DNA of 64,000 nt from Aquificaceae bacterium. GTDB taxonomy: Bacteria; Aquificota; Aquificia; Aquificales; Aquificaceae. Both the position numbers and the translations under genes were made by a program. Below the pieces are notes generated by a model. It ran no database searches, was not told the DNA's origin, and saw only the letters and a program-made list of their open reading frames with translations. How positions within the stretch are numbered: position 1 is the first letter of the stretch; every line of letters begins with the position of its first letter. Positions 57,669 through 64,000 of the stretch are shown piece after piece. The stretch lies in NCBI GenBank assembly GCA_037925075.1, contig JAXSNR010000002.1, positions 64,001 through 128,000 of the forward strand, read 5' to 3'.

Positions 57669-59318
57669 ATGAGCAATGCAAAAACTCTCTTCGGAGGCTA
57701 CACCTTTCTTGTGGTTTCCCTTGTGCTTTTTAGTGCCACCCTTATCGTGGGGCTTTTCCATATAGAAGAAAGGGGAATTCTTTACTTTGCCCTGCTTGGT
57801 GGCACTTCTGCCCTGTTTATTCTTGCTCTTTTTTCTTACGCCCTAAGCGTTTACAGTTTTCTCAGAGAGGAGTATGCAAGGAAAAAAAGTCTGTGGTCCT
57901 TTCTCTTTGACTTTCTTGCGGACCTAAGGCTTGCCATCTTCATAATGATCCTGCTTGCCATCCTTTCCATGCTTGGTTCTACCTATGTTCAGCAAAACCA
58001 GCCCATAGAGTTCTACCTTGATAGGTTTGGTGCGGATTTAGGTTATTGGCTCTGGAGGCTTTGGATAACCGATGTTTTCCGTTCTTGGTATTACATAGGG
58101 CTTATAGCGCTTCTTGGGATAAACCTCATAGCCTGTTCCTTTAAGAGGCTTCCAAGGGTATGGGTACAAACCTTTACAAGGGAAAGGTTCCAAAGGTTGG
58201 ATGAAAACATGGAAAGACACCTAAAAGCTATATCCGTAGAGGTAAACCCTTCAAAGGAAAAGGTCGCACGATTTCTTGCAAGTATGGGCTTTAGGGTCTT
58301 TGTGGAGGAAGAGGGAGGCAGGACTTACTTTTATGCGGAGAAGGGAAGGTATGCTCGCCTTGGGGTTTACATAGTTCATATAGGGCTTTTGGTAATAATG
58401 GCAGGTGCCCTCATAGATGCCCTATGGGGCATAAGAGGTTCTGTTATAATTCCTGAGGGTTCAAAGAGCGACACCCTTATAATCCCTGCCAAAGAAAGGA
58501 GCGTAAAGCTACCCTTTCAGATAGAGCTGAAGGATTTCAGGATCGTAAGCTATGAGGAGGAGTTCCAAAGAAAGGGAAAAAAGGCAGAAACACCCTTTAA
58601 AGATGCCATAGCAAGCTTTGAGAGCGACATAAGAATAATTCAAGAGGGAAAGCCCGTCGCAGAGGGTATGACCGCGGTAAACTCACCCTTTGACTTTGGG
58701 GTCTACAGGATATTTCAGGCAACATACGGGCTAACGGGTGAGGCTGGTAGGGTAAAGCTGGCCATCTTTGACAAGAAGCTTGCCCCCCAAGACCCAAAAA
58801 AGGCTTTAGTAGGAGAGGTGGAGCTAAGGGCAGGAAGAGTCTCTGAGTTCAAAAACATGCTCCTGTCCATAGATAGGTCAACTCTAAACATTGAAGATGA
58901 ACAAAAGGGCTTTCAGGGAGAGCTTAAACCAGCACTCGTGATAAAGGTTTTGATGGATGGAAAAGCCTACGATGTGCCTGTGGTCTATTCACCTGAGCTT
59001 ACCATCTTTGCCCAATCCCAAATGCCACAGCTTATGGATTTTCCCTATGCCTTTTTCCTTGTGGACTTTGAGCCTCAGTTCTTTAGCGGTCTTCAGGTCT
59101 CGCGCCAACCGGGCACACCCATAATATGGCTTGGATCTCTCATGGTAGTGGGTGGGATGATCCTTGCCTTTTACACAGTTCACAGAAAGGTATGGGCAAG
59201 GCTTGAGAACAATACCCTAAAGATAGCTTTCTGGTCTCATAAGTTCAAAGAGGAGTTTAGAAGGGGCTTTCTTAGGTCTCTGGAAAGGTTAAAGCAAGAA
59301 GGAAAAAAGTTCTCATAA
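57669..59318 (+). CDS. resB: Cytochrome c biogenesis system II protein ResB/CcsB
   Basis: LRLAI...GS...Q, DVFRSWYY, NLIACS, YIVHIG, SGLQV..PG. Confidence 0.9.
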   Translation: MSNAKTLFGGYTFLVVSLVLFSATLIVGLFHIEERGILYFALLGGTSALFILALFSYALSVYSFLREEYARKKSLWSFLFDFLADLRLAIFIMILLAILSMLGSTYVQQNQPIEFYLDRFGADLGYWLWRLWITDVFRSWYYIGLIALLGINLIACSFKRLPRVWVQTFTRERFQRLDENMERHLKAISVEVNPSKEKVARFLASMGFRVFVEEEGGRTYFYAEKGRYARLGVYIVHIGLLVIMAGALIDALWGIRGSVIIPEGSKSDTLIIPAKERSVKLPFQIELKDFRIVSYEEEFQRKGKKAETPFKDAIASFESDIRIIQEGKPVAEGMTAVNSPFDFGVYRIFQATYGLTGEAGRVKLAIFDKKLAPQDPKKALVGEVELRAGRVSEFKNMLLSIDRSTLNIEDEQKGFQGELKPALVIKVLMDGKAYDVPVVYSPELTIFAQSQMPQLMDFPYAFFLVDFEPQFFSGLQVSRQPGTPIIWLGSLMVVGGMILAFYTVHRKVWARLENNTLKIAFWSHKFKEEFRRGFLRSLERLKQEGKKFS

Positions 59319-59462
59319 CTGATGCGACCGGCAGAAATTAAACACAAAAAGCCCTTACAGATTGGGAAGATAGAGCCACATGTCCAATTGACTTTATAAA
59401 TCGTAGTCAAAGATTTAGGTAAGTTGTCAATTACATACAAGGATCTATATTTATACTCTGTC

Positions 59463-60479
59463 ATGGAAGAACACAATAACCTACTCAAAGAGGTTCAGCA
59501 GGAGATACCCATTGCTCAAAGACCCTTTTTGCTTGTAGGGGAAAAGGTTGGGATTGAAGAGGAAGAAGTGATAGAAACGCTAAAAACCTTAAAGCAAGAG
59601 AAAATCATCAGGCAGATATCACCAATATACGATACAAAAATGCTCGGATATGACTCTTCTCTTGTAGCCTTTAGAGTTGAACCTGAAAAGATGGAGGAGG
59701 TTGCAAGGTTTATAAACTCTCACCCGGGAGTTAGCCACAACTACGAGAGGGAGGATGAGTTTAACCTGTGGTTTACGATTGCGGTTCCTCCCGATGCTCC
59801 CTTGAACCTTGAGGATACTGTAAGCCTTATGGCGGAAAGGATTGGTGTTAGGGACTTTGTAATACTCAGGACCATCAGAATGTTTAAGATTGGGGTAAGG
59901 CTTACCCACGAAAGCATAGAAGAGAGGGAGGAGGTGGAAGAAAGAGAGCTCCTTTACAAACCTCTTGAAGACAGGGAGATAAGGACGGTAAAGATAACCC
60001 AAGAGGATATGCCACTGGTTAAAAGGCCCTTTCTTGAGTGGGCAAGGGAGCTTAACATGGAAGAGGAGGAGCTTATTGACCTGATGCGTTCCCTTAGGGA
60101 AAGGGGTGTTCTCCGAAGGATAGGTGCCATACTTTTCCACAGAAGGGCGGGTTTTAGTGCCAATGGAATGGCTGTGTGGAAGGTAGAAAAGGAAAGGGTT
60201 GAAGAGGTTGGGAGGTTTATAGCAGGCTTTAAGGGGGTTTCCCATTGCTACGAAAGGACCACAAACCGCGTATGGCACTATAACCTCTTTTCCATGATAC
60301 ATGGAAGAGAAAGGGATGAGGTGGAGGCTCTTGTAAGGAAAATAGCTGAGGAGTTATGCATAAAAGATTACAAACTGCTTTTCTCCAACAGGGAGTTCAA
60401 GAAAAGAAGGGTTAGATACTTTACCGAGGATTTCTACCTTTGGTACAGGGATTTTACAGGGGCAGTCTCTTCTTCTTGA
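59463..60479 (+). CDS. Siroheme decarboxylase, fused two-subunit form (NirDL/AhbAB)
   Basis: Two Lrp/AsnC-like units with VSHNYER...NLWFT and VSHCYER...YNLFSMIH. Confidence 0.9.
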   Translation: MEEHNNLLKEVQQEIPIAQRPFLLVGEKVGIEEEEVIETLKTLKQEKIIRQISPIYDTKMLGYDSSLVAFRVEPEKMEEVARFINSHPGVSHNYEREDEFNLWFTIAVPPDAPLNLEDTVSLMAERIGVRDFVILRTIRMFKIGVRLTHESIEEREEVEERELLYKPLEDREIRTVKITQEDMPLVKRPFLEWARELNMEEEELIDLMRSLRERGVLRRIGAILFHRRAGFSANGMAVWKVEKERVEEVGRFIAGFKGVSHCYERTTNRVWHYNLFSMIHGRERDEVEALVRKIAEELCIKDYKLLFSNREFKKRRVRYFTEDFYLWYRDFTGAVSSS

Positions 60480-60660
60480 CCCAGTATATAAGCGTGGCGG
60501 TAAACAGAAGAAGTGTAAGGGCTATAGAAAAGGGATAAGCAAGGGTCTTATTTACCCTTAGGGTTGTATCAAGAAGGAAGAGAAAAAGAAGATAAAAGCC
60601 ATAGACAACAAGCACAAAGGAGAGGGCTTGAAATAGGTAGTGTTTTAGCTTTGAAAACAT
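60454..60660 (-). CDS. Small two-TM hypothetical protein
   Basis: Abuts the deacetylase stop; two hydrophobic helices. Confidence 0.6.
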   Translation of the reverse strand: MFSKLKHYLFQALSFVLVVYGFYLLFLFLLDTTLRVNKTLAYPFSIALTLLLFTATLIYWVKKKRLPL

Positions 60661-61590
60661 CTAAGCCTCCAGCATTTTTTGTAGGGTGAGGCTAACGCAC
60701 TCTGATAGAGCTTTTAGATTGTAGCCTCCTTCAAGAGCAAAAAGCACTGGCACTGAAAGCCTTTTGGCACTCTGAAGAAGGTTTTCCACAAGCCTACCAA
60801 AGCCTTCGGTAGATAGGTTAAGGTATGTAAGGGGGTCATCCCTGTGGGCGTCGTAGCCCGCAGAAACAAGAAGAAACTGGGGCGAATACTCGTAAAAGAG
60901 CCTTGGGAAGACCTCTCTGTATATCCTTTCAAACTCAGGATCTCCAGCACCGGCAGGAAGGGGTTCGTTGTGGGTAAAGCCATAGCCTCTGCCCACACCC
61001 CTTTCTTCCGAAGAGCCAGTGCCCGGATAGAAGGGATACTCATGAGAGGAAAAGTAAAAGACCCTGTCCTCTTCGTAAAAACTTCTTTGGGTGCCATTTC
61101 CATGATGGGCGTCAAAATCCACTATGAAGACCCTTTCATAGCCCTTCTGAAGAAGGTAATGGGCACCTATTGCTATGTTGTTAAAAAGGCAAAAGCCCAT
61201 AGCCTTGGCGTACTCCGCATGGTGTCCCGGAGGTCTCACCGCACAAAAGACAGCATCCACTTCTCCCCTCAAAAGCCAATCTATACCCTCAAGCACTCCA
61301 CCTACCGCATACAGAGCCACATGGTAAGACGCAGGAACCGTATAGGTATCTGGGTCAAGATAACCCCCACCCGCGGAACAAAAGTCCGCCACTTCCTGTA
61401 TATAGCTTGGGTCATGGTTGAGTGCTACCTCTTGGGCGGTAGCCCTTCTTGGACTTATATGAACAAGCTCCTTTAAGATTCCTCTTCTTTCAAGCTCCTG
61501 AACTATGGCTATAAGCCTGTCCTTGTTTTCTGGATGCCCCTTTTGATGATGCTCAAGGTATATGGGATCATAAACAAAGCCTGTTTTCAT
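60661..61590 (-). CDS. Histone deacetylase-family (AcuC-like) amidohydrolase
   Basis: HPE, RPPGHHA, GFC, DFDAHHGNGT, SAGYD, LEGGY. Confidence 0.95.
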   Translation of the reverse strand: MKTGFVYDPIYLEHHQKGHPENKDRLIAIVQELERRGILKELVHISPRRATAQEVALNHDPSYIQEVADFCSAGGGYLDPDTYTVPASYHVALYAVGGVLEGIDWLLRGEVDAVFCAVRPPGHHAEYAKAMGFCLFNNIAIGAHYLLQKGYERVFIVDFDAHHGNGTQRSFYEEDRVFYFSSHEYPFYPGTGSSEERGVGRGYGFTHNEPLPAGAGDPEFERIYREVFPRLFYEYSPQFLLVSAGYDAHRDDPLTYLNLSTEGFGRLVENLLQSAKRLSVPVLFALEGGYNLKALSECVSLTLQKMLEA

Positions 61591-61630
61591 GAAGATGATT
61601 ATACTCCAAAAGTGCTATAATCCTTTTCCT

Positions 61631-63334
61631 ATGGATAGGTCAAGGCTTGAAAAACTTCAAGTGTTTAGAGAAAGAAGGGAAGCTTACCCCTACAGGTTTG
61701 AGGTTAGCTCACAGATAGGTGAAATAAGAGAAAGGTACGAAAAGCCCGTTGATGGAAAGGAAGTGGCTGTCAAAGGTGTTGTAAAGAGGTCTTCAAGACT
61801 TGAAGAAGGCTATCTTTTGAGGCTTTCCAGTCCCTCTGGCGTTGAGATACTTGCCATAACGAAAGAGGAGCTAAAGGTAGGGCAGGAATACACTCTTGGG
61901 GGAAAGATTGGCAGGTACGAGGGAAAGCTGTGCTTGTACGATGCCTACTCTTGCGATGGAGATGCCATTGATATAGAAGTGGTAAAGGCAGAATATGACC
62001 TTGACCCAAACTTTCAAGAGGTTTCCCTTGCGGGAAGGCTTTTAACCCTCAGAAGCATGGGAAAAGCCATCTTTGGACATCTTCAGGATGCGACAGGCAG
62101 GATACAGATATACCTAAAAAAGGATGTGTTGGGAGAGGAAGCCTTTAAGGATTTTGAGGAGCTTGTGGATACTGGAGACATACTGGGAGTAAAGGGAAAG
62201 CTCTTTAGGACAAAAACCGGTGAGCTAACCCTTGAGGTAGAAGATTTTAAGATACTCTCAAAGAGCCTCCATCCCATGCCAGAAAAGTGGCATGGAATAA
62301 GGGATGTGGAGGTGCGTTACCGTCAAAGATACCTTGATCTTATTGCCAACGAGGACGCAAGGAAGATATTCCTATTGAGAAGTAAAGTCATACAGGAGCT
62401 AAGAAACTTTTTAAACTCCGAAGGCTTTCTTGAGGTGGAAACGCCCATACTTCAACATATAGCTTCCGGTGCCAACGCAAAGCCCTTTATAACCTACCAC
62501 AACTACCTTGAGCAGAACCTATACCTTAGGATCGCCCCTGAGCTTTATCTAAAAAGGCTTGTAGTAGGTGGCTTTAACAAGGTCTATGAACTTGGCAAGA
62601 ACTTCCGCAACGAGGGAGTGGATACCACACATAACCCAGAATTTACCATGGTGGAGTTTTATGTGGCTTACTGGGACTACAAGGACCTTATGGACTTTAC
62701 CGAAAGGCTACTTTCTCATGTGCTTCTTTCCACCGTAGGAAGCCTTAAACTAACCTACAAGGGCAAACAGCTTGACTTTACACCCCCCTACAAAAGATAC
62801 AGCTACTTTAAGCTTTTGGAGGAAAAAACGGGAAAGGAGAAGGAGTTTTTTCTCAGGGACCTTGAAGGTCTTAGAAGGCTTGCAAAGGATATAGGAGTGC
62901 CAAAGGCGGAGGCCTTGACCCATGCAAAGCTTATTGATAAGGTCTTTGACCTTCTTGTGGAGGATGAGCTTTGGGGTCCCTGTTTTGTGGTGGATTTTCC
63001 CAAGATGCTTTCTCCCCTTGCGAAAACGCACAGAGAAGACCCAGATTTAGTGGAGAGGTTTGAGCTCTTTGTCGCAGGAAAGGAGCTTGCCAACGCATAC
63101 ACGGAGCTAAACGACCCCTTTGAGCAAAGGGAGAGGTTTTTAGAACAGCTCAAAGAGAAGGAAATGGGTGATGAAGAAGCCATGCAGATGGACGAAGACT
63201 TTATAACAGCCCTTGAATACGGTATGCCCCCAACCGCTGGAGAAGGTATAGGTGTGGACAGGCTTGTTATGATACTGGCGGATGTGGATTCCATAAGGGA
63301 GGTTATACTCTTCCCAGCTTTGAGGAGGACATAA
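61631..63334 (+). CDS. lysS: Lysine--tRNA ligase (class II) with N-terminal insertion
   Basis: RYRQRYLDL, LRIAPELYLKRL, FRNEG, HNPEF, YGMPPTAG.GIG. Confidence 0.96.
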   Translation: MDRSRLEKLQVFRERREAYPYRFEVSSQIGEIRERYEKPVDGKEVAVKGVVKRSSRLEEGYLLRLSSPSGVEILAITKEELKVGQEYTLGGKIGRYEGKLCLYDAYSCDGDAIDIEVVKAEYDLDPNFQEVSLAGRLLTLRSMGKAIFGHLQDATGRIQIYLKKDVLGEEAFKDFEELVDTGDILGVKGKLFRTKTGELTLEVEDFKILSKSLHPMPEKWHGIRDVEVRYRQRYLDLIANEDARKIFLLRSKVIQELRNFLNSEGFLEVETPILQHIASGANAKPFITYHNYLEQNLYLRIAPELYLKRLVVGGFNKVYELGKNFRNEGVDTTHNPEFTMVEFYVAYWDYKDLMDFTERLLSHVLLSTVGSLKLTYKGKQLDFTPPYKRYSYFKLLEEKTGKEKEFFLRDLEGLRRLAKDIGVPKAEALTHAKLIDKVFDLLVEDELWGPCFVVDFPKMLSPLAKTHREDPDLVERFELFVAGKELANAYTELNDPFEQRERFLEQLKEKEMGDEEAMQMDEDFITALEYGMPPTAGEGIGVDRLVMILADVDSIREVILFPALRRT

Positions 63335-64000
63335 TGGAGCTTGAGAAAAAGCCTATAAGAGAATTTACCGCAAGGGTGATAAAGGTGGTTCCTGAAACGC
63401 CAAGCACAAAGACCCTTGTGTTTGATATAAGGCATGTGGATTTTGACTTTTATCCCGGTCAGTATGTGATGCTAAACGTGCCCTTAGAAGGGCAAATTCT
63501 TAAAAGAGCCTATTCCATAGCAAGCCCGCCAACGCAGAAGGAAACCCTTGAGCTAACCATAAAAAAGGTGCCCAACGGAAGAGCTTCCGTGTATCTAACA
63601 GAGAGGGTAAAGGAGGGAGAGGAATTCCTTATAAAAGGTCCTTACGGAAAGTTTGTATGGCTTCCGCAGATGGGTACAAGCTTGGTGCTCATAGGTGCAG
63701 GGAGCGGTATTGTCCCGCTCATGTGCATGTTAAGGTACATAGTCTCCGCAAGACTTGAACATGTAAGGGCAACGCTCCTTTACTCAAACACCCACTACGA
63801 AGAGATCATTTACAGAGAAGAGTTGGAAAGCTTGAATAAACACCCCAACATAAAGGTGGTACATACCCTTACAAGGTCCCATCCTCCAGATTGGAAGGGC
63901 TACACAGGCAGGATAAACCCAGATATGATTCTTAAGGAGTTGGAGGACCTTCCCACAAACCTCTACTATCTTTGCGGACCACCCGCCTTTGTGGAGGATG
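63334..64000 (+). CDS. FAD/NAD(P)-binding ferredoxin reductase-family oxidoreductase (3'-truncated by the window; absent from the ORF track)
   Basis: TAATG coupling to lysS; hand translation gives FYPGQY, RAYSIAS, GPYGKF, GAGSGIVP, YYLCGPP. Confidence 0.9.
   Translation, partial: MELEKKPIREFTARVIKVVPETPSTKTLVFDIRHVDFDFYPGQYVMLNVPLEGQILKRAYSIASPPTQKETLELTIKKVPNGRASVYLTERVKEGEEFLIKGPYGKFVWLPQMGTSLVLIGAGSGIVPLMCMLRYIVSARLEHVRATLLYSNTHYEEIIYREELESLNKHPNIKVVHTLTRSHPPDWKGYTGRINPDMILKELEDLPTNLYYLCGPPAFVED

Noticed and set aside
1..64000. tRNA, rRNA or riboswitch (for example TPP before thiE, FMN before ribBA)
   Set aside because: No cloverleaf or T-loop signatures noticed by eye, and those intergenic gaps are too short; a covariance-model scan would be needed to exclude them fully

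Overview
This window is a gene-dense chromosomal segment, most likely from a thermophilic Aquificaceae bacterium (Hydrogenobacter/Thermocrinis-like). The assignment is inferred from citryl-CoA lyase, a stand-alone 5'-3' exonuclease, fused NirDL/AhbAB, TrpRS and LysRS insertions, and shuffled housekeeping gene order. Most of it is housekeeping. The first accessory region is an aioBA arsenite oxidase pair with a consensus sigma-54 promoter, two candidate enhancer boxes and an adjacent decayed IS5-type element. The second is an AT-rich type III restriction-modification locus: an intact mod-res pair lies downstream of the relic of a second cassette, mod'-[intact class II glutamine amidotransferase]-res', and each cassette is preceded by a copy of a ~200 bp repeat. 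That Ntn-hydrolase, translationally coupled inside a type III R-M operon, is my best candidate for an undescribed system. Other notable items are a lipoate ligase-DUF116-PorD/CdhB-like fusion, a half-size sulfur oxygenase reductase-like protein, an exported dienelactone-hydrolase-fold protein with a rewritten triad, two further pseudogenes, and widespread leaderless-type starts. I saw no rRNA, tRNA or CRISPR array. All product calls come from motif recognition by eye; no searches were run.
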